From contig CASFFG010000001.1 of the NCBI GenBank assembly GCA_949293905.1, positions 131,240 to 195,239 on the forward strand: a DNA stretch of 64,000 nt. Direction: 5' to 3'. Under the pieces are notes generated by a model. The model had not been told where the DNA came from. It was given only the letters and a program-made list of their open reading frames with translations, and did no database searches. Position 1 is the stretch's first letter. The number at the start of each line of letters is the position of its first letter. This document shows positions 1-8,707 of this stretch, in pieces. Made by a program: the position numbers and the translations under genes. The DNA is from an uncultured Christensenella sp. (GTDB taxonomy: Bacteria; Bacillota; Clostridia; Christensenellales; UBA1242).

Positions 1-424
1 ATTTATCTAGACATTCGCGCCTTGAATTACGCATAGCAATCTTTGCTTCTTCAAGTAATTTGCGTGCGTCCTTAGAGTACTCTTTCCTTCGCTCTTCGGT
101 CAGCATAGGGAAATTGACACGAATTATTTTTCCGTCATCACTAAGCGATACTCCTAAATTAGCACTTTCAATTCCAGCGCGTATTGATTTTAATGTACTT
201 ACGTCCCAAGGCGATACCACTAGCATGCGCGCGTCCTGAACCGTAATATTACTAGTTTGATTTATCGGTGTTCTAGTACCATAATAATCAACTTTTATGT
301 TTTCGATTAGTTTTGGATTCGCTCTACCTACGCGAATTAACATAAGTTCATCTAAAAGATGATTAAACTGTTTATTAAGATTTTCTTCGTAATCCATTAA
401 GATTATCTCTATTTCTTCGTTCAT
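1..424 (-). CDS. frr: Ribosome recycling factor (3' end runs off the window; not in the ORF track)
   Basis: Manual translation from ATG at 424 after AGGAG: MNEEIEIILMDYEENLNKQFNHLLDELMLIRVGRANPKLIENIKVDYYGTRTPINQ...FPMLTEERRKE; downstream of tsf. Confidence 0.95.
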   Translation of the reverse strand, partial: MNEEIEIILMDYEENLNKQFNHLLDELMLIRVGRANPKLIENIKVDYYGTRTPINQTSNITVQDARMLVVSPWDVSTLKSIRAGIESANLGVSLSDDGKIIRVNFPMLTEERRKEYSKDARKLLEEAKIAMRNSRRECLDK

Positions 425-544
425 GATATTCTCCTAATAATTATATTACCTAAATTGGCAATTTTTAGCAACTAAAATTGCGGATATAATGAAATTTATA
501 ATATTATTTAATATTATTTTGCTATATTTGTGAATATAATAAAT

Positions 545-594
545 AAAAAAACGAACTATATCGTAATAGAATATACTACTATTAGTTCGTCTTT
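545..594 (-). terminator. Probable intrinsic terminator after tsf
   Basis: Inverted repeat ACGAACTA/TAGTTCGT with a long loop, followed by a T-run on the minus strand. Confidence 0.6.
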
Positions 595-601
595 AAATAT
601 A

Positions 602-1486
602 CTATATCTTAGATTGTGCTGCAACTTCGGCTACGAAATCGTCAGTTCTCTTCTCTAAGCCTTCGCCCATTTCCCAACGAACAAAGCGCTTTACAGAGAA
701 TTTCCCTGCGATTAATTTCTCAATAGTCATGCTGTCATCTTTAACAAATGGTTGGTTTAAAAGGCAATTTTCAGTATAGAATTTACCAATTTTACCATCG
801 ACGATTTTTGCCAAGATTTCCTTTGGTTTATTAGCATTTTTTTCGTCATTCTGCATTTGAACGAGTAAGATATTCTTCTCCTTTTCAATTACATCTGCTG
901 GAACTTCATCTTTTGAAACATAACTAGGTTTAGCAGCGGCGATTTGAAGAGCAACATCGTGTAAAATCTCTTCACCAGATGTATATGGATTTGCTTCAAC
1001 CATAACGCCGACTTTTCCGCCCATGTGGATATAAGTTTCGATTTTTCCGCTAGTTTTAAAGATTTCAAAACGGCGGATAGATAATTTCTCACCGATAACA
1101 AGAGTCTGCTCAGCAATAAATTCTTTAACAGTAATTCCGTTAATTTTGCAGTTGTTTAGAGCATCTAGATCGCCAGGCATATCTTTTGCTATAACCTTAG
1201 CAATGTCATTTACTATAGATTGGAATTTCTCTCCCTTAGAAACAAAGTCGGACTCGCAATTTATTTCAAGTAATACACCGATATTACCGTTTACATACGC
1301 TCCAACTGCACCTTCTGCAGCAATACGGCTCTCTTTCTTAGCAGCCTTGGCAACTCCGCGTTCACGAAGAAGTTCGATTGCCTTATCCACATCGCCATTA
1401 GAATCAACTAATGCCTTTTTGCAGTCCATCATGCCTGCACCCGTCATATTGCGTAAATTTGCAACATCTTTTGCTGTAATTTCCAT
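602..1486 (-). CDS. tsf: Translation elongation factor Ts
   Basis: LRxMTGAGMMDCKKAL and EINCESDFV motifs; follows rpsB. Confidence 0.98.
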   Translation of the reverse strand: MEITAKDVANLRNMTGAGMMDCKKALVDSNGDVDKAIELLRERGVAKAAKKESRIAAEGAVGAYVNGNIGVLLEINCESDFVSKGEKFQSIVNDIAKVIAKDMPGDLDALNNCKINGITVKEFIAEQTLVIGEKLSIRRFEIFKTSGKIETYIHMGGKVGVMVEANPYTSGEEILHDVALQIAAAKPSYVSKDEVPADVIEKEKNILLVQMQNDEKNANKPKEILAKIVDGKIGKFYTENCLLNQPFVKDDSMTIEKLIAGKFSVKRFVRWEMGEGLEKRTDDFVAEVAAQSKI

Positions 1487-1503
1487 ATTTCTCCCCTTAA
1501 ATT

Positions 1504-2307
1504 TTATTCTTGTTCGCTAGACTCTTCTGTCTTAACTTTTTTTATGCGTTTTTCCTTCTTTTGAGTTCCAACCATAGACTCCATAGTCTCGTCTTCTTCA
1601 CCAGAAGTTAAGTCGTGCAACACTTCTCCGCCCTTTGCTTCCATAATAGCATCAGTCAACGCGCTAAGGATTAACTTAACTGAACCGATAGCATCGTCAT
1701 TTGCTGGAATACATACATCAACATCATCTGGGTCACTATTTGTATCAACAATACCAACTGTTGGAATGCCAAGGCGTCTTGCTTCTTTAACAGCGATATG
1801 CTCTGTGTGTGGGTCAACTAGAATGATAAGCCCTGGAAGAGTTGTCATATCCTTAATACCAGTAAGGTTTGCAGCGAGTTTGTCGCGCTCTGCTTTCAAC
1901 TTAATAACTTCCTTTTTAGGTAGAAGTTCGAAATCGCCGAGAGTTTCCATATTGTTTAACTTGTTCATACGGTCGATTCTCTTTCTAATAGTTGTGAAGT
2001 TAGTAAGAGTTCCGCCTAACCAACGAGTATTAATGTAGTACATACCCGAACGCTCTGCTTCCTGCTTAACGGTTTCACTAGCCTGTTTCTTAGTACCGAT
2101 AAATAGTACACTAGCGTCAGCAAGCACTTTTTCTTTGATGAATACATATGCTTCATCTATTTTCTTAGAAGTGTCTTCAAGGTTAATGATATGAATATCA
2201 TTTCTATCTGTGAAGATATACTTCTTCATCTTAGGGTTCCACTTTCTAGTCTGGTGACCGAAATGGCAACCTGCTTCTAATAATTGTTTCATTGAAATAA
2301 CTGACAT
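1504..2307 (-). CDS. rpsB: 30S ribosomal protein S2
   Basis: [37 protein letters not shown]. Confidence 0.98.
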   Translation of the reverse strand: MSVISMKQLLEAGCHFGHQTRKWNPKMKKYIFTDRNDIHIINLEDTSKKIDEAYVFIKEKVLADASVLFIGTKKQASETVKQEAERSGMYYINTRWLGGTLTNFTTIRKRIDRMNKLNNMETLGDFELLPKKEVIKLKAERDKLAANLTGIKDMTTLPGLIILVDPHTEHIAVKEARRLGIPTVGIVDTNSDPDDVDVCIPANDDAIGSVKLILSALTDAIMEAKGGEVLHDLTSGEEDETMESMVGTQKKEKRIKKVKTEESSEQE

Positions 2308-2329
2308 AAATTTTCCTCCTGTTTGTCTA

Positions 2330-2390
2330 CCCTATCTAGTCGTCTTGCTATCGAACCTTATTGGCAACAGTCTAGCAATCGTAAATAGGT
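2330..2390 (-). promoter_or_regulatory. Structured 5' leader of rpsB (probable S2 autoregulatory leader)
   Basis: Nested stems CCTAT/ATAGG and TTGCTA/TAGCAA between a TTGACA promoter and the AGGAGG RBS. Confidence 0.55.
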
Positions 2391-2494
2391 GAATATTCAT
2401 ATAAAACTTTTTTAGTTTAGCAAAAAATTTTGTCTTTGTCAACAGTTATCGCCTTTTTTGTCATGATTTCTTTATTTTTTAGTTTAAAAATAAG

Positions 2495-2521
2495 AAAACT
2501 CGCTAAATTTTGCGAGTTTTT
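2495..2521. terminator. Intrinsic terminator downstream of the 2621-3439 orphan
   Basis: AAAACTCGC-loop-GCGAGTTTT. Confidence 0.65.
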
Positions 2522-2620
2522 ATTAATTTTTATATCTGTGTTTTTACAAGTATATAATTATTTAAATAATTTAACACAAATAATTCATAATATGATTTTA
2601 ATAAATCCTAAAACCATAAA

Positions 2621-3439
2621 TTATAGTGAAATTTGGTCCATAATATTTTGTTCGTTTGTTTTATCTTTTGCGCGTACCATTAAATCGTCAAAAGCGAACA
2701 TAAGTAAAGCCATGTTAATATCTTTATTTTTTATATGACAACTTGAAACGAGTTTCTTAAAAGTATCTTCATTCTCAGTCATATTGCTTTTCGTGATTTC
2801 GTTTAAAATTTCCATAGGGAATAATTTAAGATATAAATCTTCTTCCATACATAAATGATAATTGGAATCCAAAATAAAGTTTTTACCATGCAATTTTATT
2901 TTAAGGACGGAATGAAGATACGCACCATTTCTGTAACTGATTCCAGTTAAGGTAGATGGCTTTAATTTAGCACTAGTTGAACGCAATAAATAGTTCGAAT
3001 TCACATAACAACTATTGTCTTTTAACTCTCTTGGCCAAGTATCGTCATCAAATAAATATTTAGCATCGAAAAATAATCCTTTCCCATAAATTGTATCAAT
3101 CTTATACGGATTGACTCTTGTACCTTCTCCCGTCAATCTATTTACATTGGGGAGCATTTCAAAAGTGAGTTTAATTAGGAGTTTTGTGGTATTTTCCTTA
3201 TCTAATTCAATATCATTTTCCTTAATTTTTAAAAATATTTCTGCCGAATTAGCACAGACAAAACGCATAATTCGTTTAAATTTCTTCCCGTCAATTTGTC
3301 TAATAGCCATAATTATAATATTTTGCAAACTATTAAGGTCGTCTAATTCTTCGGGCGAAAAATTAGCAATCGAATTAGGATTTCGTAATTGATTTTCGTC
3401 TTCTAATTGAAGTAATTTTAACGCGTTCTCTATAGTCAC
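2621..3439 (-). CDS. Orphan protein with a possible papain/transglutaminase-like Cys-His-Asp triad
   Basis: 272-aa ORF with its own promoter (3459-3486) and RBS; motifs NSCYVNS ... YLHSVL ... FILDSN. Confidence 0.7.
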   Translation of the reverse strand: MTIENALKLLQLEDENQLRNPNSIANFSPEELDDLNSLQNIIIMAIRQIDGKKFKRIMRFVCANSAEIFLKIKENDIELDKENTTKLLIKLTFEMLPNVNRLTGEGTRVNPYKIDTIYGKGLFFDAKYLFDDDTWPRELKDNSCYVNSNYLLRSTSAKLKPSTLTGISYRNGAYLHSVLKIKLHGKNFILDSNYHLCMEEDLYLKLFPMEILNEITKSNMTENEDTFKKLVSSCHIKNKDINMALLMFAFDDLMVRAKDKTNEQNIMDQISL

Positions 3440-3688
3440 TGTTTTCTTCCTTTACCAAATTATACCATAAATCACGGATTTGTCAATAGTGACGATTTTA
3501 GCCTTGTAAACTATAATTTGACGAACTTGTAGACGAAATTAATAAAATTGACTAAAAGTAGATTTTGAATACACTTTTACAAATAGTAACAATGATTTTA
3601 ATTACATATATTAAAAAATCATTAAAAATATGTTAATTAAAGCAAAACAAAAAACTCACCATTCATAATAATAATGGTGAGTCTTTTT

Positions 3689-4045
3689 CTACTTATTTTT
3701 ATCTTCGTCGTCGCCTTCAGCGATGAGTGCTTCATATGCCGAAAGCACTTTATCAATAGTTGGTTGGTCGTTCACGACATCTAGATTTCCGCTCGCTTCG
3801 TCGACAGCAAAAATCACGCCTTCCCCTTCTTCTACTCCCTGCATTGGAGTAACTGGGATTAAAATTGCGTACATTTTATCGCTATCGTCAAGCGCAATTA
3901 ATGCGACTTGCTCAAACTCAATCGGCTTATTCTCCGCGTCGTATAAAATGACATTATCATAGTTATTTTCGTCGAAAATCTGCTTAATTGGGTCGACTGC
4001 CCGCACTTTCTTTGGTCTACGAATTTCATCTCTTAAATCTTTCAT
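3689..4045 (-). CDS. DUF1292 family acidic protein
   Basis: Acidic 118 aa (VILYDAENKPIEFEQVA...YAIL); typical position downstream of ruvX. Confidence 0.75.
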   Translation of the reverse strand: MKDLRDEIRRPKKVRAVDPIKQIFDENNYDNVILYDAENKPIEFEQVALIALDDSDKMYAILIPVTPMQGVEEGEGVIFAVDEASGNLDVVNDQPTIDKVLSAYEALIAEGDDEDKNK

Positions 4046-4055
4046 AATCTCTCCT

Positions 4056-4466
4056 TTATTTCTTACTATCTAAATAATCCTGTAGTATTATAGTAGCGGA
4101 TACTGCATCTAATTTTTCCTTTCTTTTTCTCCAATCTTTTTCGCGGAGTTTCAAATAATCTTCCGCCATGACGGACGACATTCTCTCATCTACGAATTCG
4201 ACTTTAATATTAGATTTCTCACTGAGTTTACTCATAAATTCGCGCGTTTGTTTCGCAATAGTTTGCTCGACACCAGCGGTATTTAATGGCAGTCCGCAAA
4301 CGATTTCGTCAACATTCTTTTCCTTAATGAGAGTTAGAAAATAGTCAATGTCGGTGTTTGGTTCTTTCGTTTTGTATGTAGAATATGGAGACGCGAGAAA
4401 TTTCGTCTCGTCGCTAAGGGCTATTCCTATGCGTTTAAGTCCAAAGTCAATCCCCATTGTTCTCAT
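4056..4466 (-). CDS. ruvX: YqgF/RuvX family pre-16S rRNA nuclease
   Basis: GIDFGLKRIGIALSD, GLP, DERMSS, DAVSATIILQDYLD. Confidence 0.95.
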   Translation of the reverse strand: MRTMGIDFGLKRIGIALSDETKFLASPYSTYKTKEPNTDIDYFLTLIKEKNVDEIVCGLPLNTAGVEQTIAKQTREFMSKLSEKSNIKVEFVDERMSSVMAEDYLKLREKDWRKRKEKLDAVSATIILQDYLDSKK

Positions 4467-4558
4467 AATTATATTATAGCATATATTTTCATTTTAGTAA
4501 AACAAAACGCGATAAATTTAAATAAAAAATCTACCTAAGATTAGGTAGACTTCTAACT

Positions 4559-4732
4559 TTATTTATTTTTTTGCTTTTTAGCCTGGGATTGAACTTCGTC
4601 CTTGATGTCTTCAATTATTTCTTTACTCTTCTCGACACCCTTTTCTACAGTGTCTGCGACTGGTTTATTAGTCTTTGCAACAACTGCACCAACGACGAAC
4701 CCTATTCCCATACCAATTAATAATTCCTTCAT
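4559..4732 (-). CDS. Small 57-aa YtxH-like membrane-anchored protein (below the ORF-track cutoff)
   Basis: AGGAGG RBS; MKELLIGMGIGFVVGAVVAKTNKPVADTVEKGVEKSKEIIEDIKDEVQSQAKKQKNK; terminator hairpin TCTACCTAA/TTAGGTAGA just downstream. Confidence 0.8.
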   Translation of the reverse strand: MKELLIGMGIGFVVGAVVAKTNKPVADTVEKGVEKSKEIIEDIKDEVQSQAKKQKNK

Positions 4733-4825
4733 AATAGCCTCCTACTATATTTTCCGCAAAATTTGTAAAAATATGTAGAAAAACTATAAATTGTATTAAT
4801 TCAAGTTTATGAAATTTTATGTAAT

Positions 4826-6484
4826 TTAGTTTGTTATATTATCTATCATATTATTCAGTATTGGCAGTTGATTTATTGAATTTATGTGCTTATTTAGTTT
4901 TTGTATGTAATAATCGTCGCCGATTTCTTCAAGCGCTGATTTTAACTTATCTATATCCGCGCCCTCTACATACTTTGCAAATTTATAAATATATTCGGCG
5001 TCCTGGGTCTTACAAATTGCTTCTGTTAGTCTATCAATATCTGCGCCATTTTTAATAAAATAATAAGAAAAGTTATAAATACTTTCTGCATTTCCAGATA
5101 GACAAATACTATCTATTGTCTTATCTATGAATGAAACTTCAAAATTAAAGTTGCGCAATATTGCTTCAATATAGTCAGCATCACCAATTTTAAAAATAAT
5201 TAATGCTAGTTTTTCAAAAATTTTATAACTTAAATTATTTCCTGTTTCAAATATAAAACTATAAATACCCGAGGCATCATCTATTTCAAGTTCACAAATT
5301 TTCTCAGCGAGTTTATTTACATCTATATATTTTACTTCGCGAACAAACATGCTAATACATCTAAAATCTTTAGTTTTAACGATTGCTTCACTTAATTTTT
5401 CTAAATTCGCGCCATTAACCTTGAGAGTAAATAAGTAAATATCACTTGCCTCACCTGTTTCACATATCGCATTAGTTAATTTATCTATATTTTCTTGGCT
5501 AAAATACTTAGAATTAGATCCAGTAGCAAATTCGTAAATATAACTAGCATCTCCGCTATTACAGATGGCATCAACATACTTATTCCTAAGTTGTTCATCT
5601 CTTATGATGAATTTATTACCTAAAAGGAATGTATATAGCATATTATTTGTTTTAAGCATACCTTTTAAAAGCACATCAATATCCGCGCCTTTAATCTCAG
5701 TAGCAAAATAGTAGATATATGACGCGTCAAGAGTTTTAACTATACCTTCAGAGAGTTTAGTCTTATTCGCCTCTTCTATTTTTTCAGCAAAACAACAAAT
5801 ATATTGAGCATCTCCAGTTTCGCAAATCGCGTCAGTAAGTTGAGTGATGTTTGCGCCTTCAACTTCGCCAGCAAAATAGTAAATACAAAGAGCATTTTTA
5901 GTTTTACATATTGCGTTGTTAAGCTTATTTAAGTTTGTCGCTCCTAATTTATCTACATGTCTAGCAAATTCATAAATATATAAAGGACTATTTGTTTCAC
6001 AAATAGCATCGGTAAGTTTATCTAAATCTAAACCTTTAACAATTCTAGCGGTATCACAAATATATTTAGCACTTTTAGTACCAATAATCGCATCTATGAG
6101 TTTCTTTTTGTTTTCCTCACTAAGATTTTTAGTATCATGTAAAAAGTCATATAGACATAGAGGTTTTTTAAATTTGCAGATTGCGTTAGTGAGTTTATTT
6201 TTATCCACATTATCAATATTTTTTGCATAATAGCATATTTGTCTTGGATCTTCGCTCTCACAAATGAGATCGGTTAAATCCTCAAGAGAGTCGCATTGAT
6301 ATATTTTTAATAAAATATCAACAGGTAAATTAAAAGTTTCCACCGCAAAAATATGTTTTAAAATCTCGCGCCCATTATTCGTTTTTATGAGTCTATTTAC
6401 ACACTCCATAAATTTTTCATCTATGCCATTTTTATATAAATAATTATCCAATCCTTCAATTAATCTTTCTTCTTCTATTGTCAT
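4826..6484 (-). CDS. 28-aa tandem-repeat (helical solenoid) protein, paralog A, about 16 repeats
   Basis: Repeat consensus DIDKLTDAICETGDAxYIYxFAxxVKGA; start moved to the ATG at 6484, after a GAGGT RBS and TTGACA-N17-TAGGAT. Confidence 0.85.
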   Translation of the reverse strand: MTIEEERLIEGLDNYLYKNGIDEKFMECVNRLIKTNNGREILKHIFAVETFNLPVDILLKIYQCDSLEDLTDLICESEDPRQICYYAKNIDNVDKNKLTNAICKFKKPLCLYDFLHDTKNLSEENKKKLIDAIIGTKSAKYICDTARIVKGLDLDKLTDAICETNSPLYIYEFARHVDKLGATNLNKLNNAICKTKNALCIYYFAGEVEGANITQLTDAICETGDAQYICCFAEKIEEANKTKLSEGIVKTLDASYIYYFATEIKGADIDVLLKGMLKTNNMLYTFLLGNKFIIRDEQLRNKYVDAICNSGDASYIYEFATGSNSKYFSQENIDKLTNAICETGEASDIYLFTLKVNGANLEKLSEAIVKTKDFRCISMFVREVKYIDVNKLAEKICELEIDDASGIYSFIFETGNNLSYKIFEKLALIIFKIGDADYIEAILRNFNFEVSFIDKTIDSICLSGNAESIYNFSYYFIKNGADIDRLTEAICKTQDAEYIYKFAKYVEGADIDKLKSALEEIGDDYYIQKLNKHINSINQLPILNNMIDNITN

Positions 6485-6535
6485 GATATACCTCTTGCCC
6501 ATATCCTAACACTTAAAGCCAATTTTGTCAATACC

Positions 6536-6599
6536 CATTTTTAATTATTAAGATTAATATAACTTTGCATTTTTAATTATTAAGATTAATATAACTTTG
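6536..6599. repeat. Perfect 32-bp tandem duplication
   Basis: CATTTTTAATTATTAAGATTAATATAACTTTG at 6536-6567 and 6568-6599. Confidence 0.95.
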
Positions 6600-6612
6600 T
6601 TGTATAAAATTA

Positions 6613-6648
6613 AAAAAATATTCACCAAATTGACAGTGAATATTTTTT
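6613..6648. terminator. Terminator after the iscS-iscU-like pair
   Basis: AAAAAATATTCAC-loop-GTGAATATTTTTT. Confidence 0.7.
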
Positions 6649-6664
6649 AATTTAGTATTTATGT

Positions 6665-7033
6665 TTATTTACTAGATTTTTCCAGTTTTTCTTGGTAGTC
6701 GCGGACGGCAGCGCGCAAGCAGTCAAGACAAAACTCTATGTCAATCTCACTATCGTCTTCAAGTGCTTTCTTTACGCTCAATTCGTCAATGAATAGCATA
6801 TTTGCCATTCTGCCAGTCACCATTTCAGTGATTTTTGAGCAAACTGCAATGATATATGGATTGGCTTGTGCTCTAAACTTACACTGCATGATAATTCCGC
6901 TTTCAATTCTAAGCGAAAATTCTACATGGGCAGTTTCGTCTTCATTATACATATCTGCAATGCCGTCTGGCTTAGAGATTCTTCCCGCATTTTTAGGGTT
7001 AGAAAATATATTCATAATTATATCGTTATACAT
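6665..7033 (-). CDS. IscU/NifU-like scaffold protein with degenerate cysteine ligands
   Basis: MYNDIIMNIFSNPKNAG N-terminus typical of IscU; directly after iscS; first two canonical Cys positions substituted. Confidence 0.8.
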   Translation of the reverse strand: MYNDIIMNIFSNPKNAGRISKPDGIADMYNEDETAHVEFSLRIESGIIMQCKFRAQANPYIIAVCSKITEMVTGRMANMLFIDELSVKKALEDDSEIDIEFCLDCLRAAVRDYQEKLEKSSK

Positions 7034-7036
7034 ATC

Positions 7037-8221
7037 CTACGCCCCCTTTCTCTTACGCGTTTTACTACCAAATGTAGACGAATATTCGCGCAACTCTTCA
7101 ACCGATTTTTTAATGATTGCTATCGCTCTATCTAATTCTTCATATGAATTATTCTTACCGATGCTAAAACGAATGGTGCTACGCGCATTGTCGTTAGATA
7201 GACCTATCGCTTTCATAACATGGGATACGGTCAAACTATTGCTTGTACATGCACTGCCAGTGGAAACCGCTACTCCATTCATATCAAGTTTAGTGAGTAG
7301 ACTTTCGCCATCAACACCTATGAAAGTCACCGAAATTATATTAGGCAGTTTTTGACGGATATTTGCATTTATGACGATATGCTCAACTTCTTCACTAAGT
7401 TTGGTCGTGAAATATTCACTAAGTTGGCGTAATTTATGATTGTTAGCACGCATATCACGAGTGGCTATTTCGCACGCTTTTGCTAGTCCAACAATTCCAG
7501 CGGTATTACAAGTTCCACCGCGTTTGTTTCTCTCTTGGTTTCCGCCGAAGATAATAGGGTCTATTTTTACATCATTTCTTACATATAAAGCACCTGCACC
7601 TTTTGGACCATAAATCTTATGAGCAGATATAGTTAACGCATCTATATTCATGTCTTGTACATCAATATCCATATGACCATATAGTTGAACTGCGTCAGTA
7701 TGGAAGATAATGTTTTTCTCCTTAGCGGTCTGTGCTATTGCCTTAATGTATTGAATTGTCCCAAGTTCATTATTTGCTGACATAATCGAAATTAGAATAG
7801 TATTTGGATTAATTGCGTGTAGTAGTTCGGTAAAATTAATTAGTCCATTTTCGTCAACATTCAAATAGGTAACTTGAAATCCATTTTTCTCTAAAAATCG
7901 GCAAGCATTTAGCACGGATTCATGTTCAATCTTGCTAGTGATGATATGATTTCCGTGGTTGCGGTTAGCATAAGCAATACCAACGATGGCCATAGAGTTT
8001 GCTTCACTACCACTAGATGTAAAATAAATTTCGTTAGATTTAGCGTTAATAGTTTCGGCAATGACATCTCTACTCTGGTCTATTAAATTGGACGCTTCCC
8101 TACCGAACGAATGTATAGAGGCAGAGTTCCCGTAAACAGAAGTTAACGCGGGCATCATTGCGTTTAAAACTTCTGGACTGAGAGTCGTAGTAGCCGAATT
8201 GTCTAAGTAAATTCTCTCCAT
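7037..8221 (-). CDS. iscS: Cysteine desulfurase, IscS/NifS group I
   Basis: YLDNSATT, SAHKIYGPKG (PLP Lys), STGSACTS (catalytic Cys). Confidence 0.95.
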   Translation of the reverse strand: MERIYLDNSATTTLSPEVLNAMMPALTSVYGNSASIHSFGREASNLIDQSRDVIAETINAKSNEIYFTSSGSEANSMAIVGIAYANRNHGNHIITSKIEHESVLNACRFLEKNGFQVTYLNVDENGLINFTELLHAINPNTILISIMSANNELGTIQYIKAIAQTAKEKNIIFHTDAVQLYGHMDIDVQDMNIDALTISAHKIYGPKGAGALYVRNDVKIDPIIFGGNQERNKRGGTCNTAGIVGLAKACEIATRDMRANNHKLRQLSEYFTTKLSEEVEHIVINANIRQKLPNIISVTFIGVDGESLLTKLDMNGVAVSTGSACTSNSLTVSHVMKAIGLSNDNARSTIRFSIGKNNSYEELDRAIAIIKKSVEELREYSSTFGSKTRKRKGA

Positions 8222-8378
8222 AATTTTCTCCTTATTGGTAGTATATCACTAAGAGAACGTATTGTCAAGTAGCAATTTTAGATTAATTTATATAAATTTT
8301 TAACATAAAAGAAAAAAGAGCCAATTAAAACAAGTTATTTTTAAACATAGTTTAAGTGCTCTTCTCTTTTACATTTAT

Positions 8379-8699
8379 TTAATTTTCGCTATTCTTACAA
8401 CGATTTATAAAATTAATCACTTCGTCGTATGGGTTAAGACCTACCATACTATCGATCTTCTTCCCTGCTTTAAAGCATACTAGGGTCGGCACGCTGAATA
8501 CGCGGTAACGTTTAGCGATATCTTCGCTTTCGTCTATATCAAGAGTAGCAAATTTTACATCAGTTAACTCATTTGATGCGCGCTCTAAAATCGGCTTAAA
8601 CATCTTACACGGCATACACCATGTAGCGAAAAAGTCGACCAAAGTCAAACTATCTTGATTTATAAAATCGTCAAAATTAGAACTATTAACTTGCTCCAT
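8379..8699 (-). CDS. trxA: Thioredoxin
   Basis: VDFFATWCMPCK and SVPTL motifs. Confidence 0.9.
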   Translation of the reverse strand: MEQVNSSNFDDFINQDSLTLVDFFATWCMPCKMFKPILERASNELTDVKFATLDIDESEDIAKRYRVFSVPTLVCFKAGKKIDSMVGLNPYDEVINFINRCKNSEN

Positions 8700-8707
8700 A
8701 AACTCTC

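Noticed and set aside
2430-2738. 102-aa hydrophobic ORF in AT-rich intergenic DNA (similarly 45684-45929 and 56571-56789)
   Set aside because: No RBS, overlaps promoters or terminators, and composition is explained by AT richness
4826-6484. Repeat proteins as DGR targets or TALE-like proteins
   Set aside because: No reverse transcriptase or near-identical template/variable DNA pair; repeats are far more divergent than TALE repeats and differ in length
8379-8699. WCMPC thioredoxin motif as a novelty on its own
   Set aside because: CxxC variants are common among Firmicute thioredoxin paralogs
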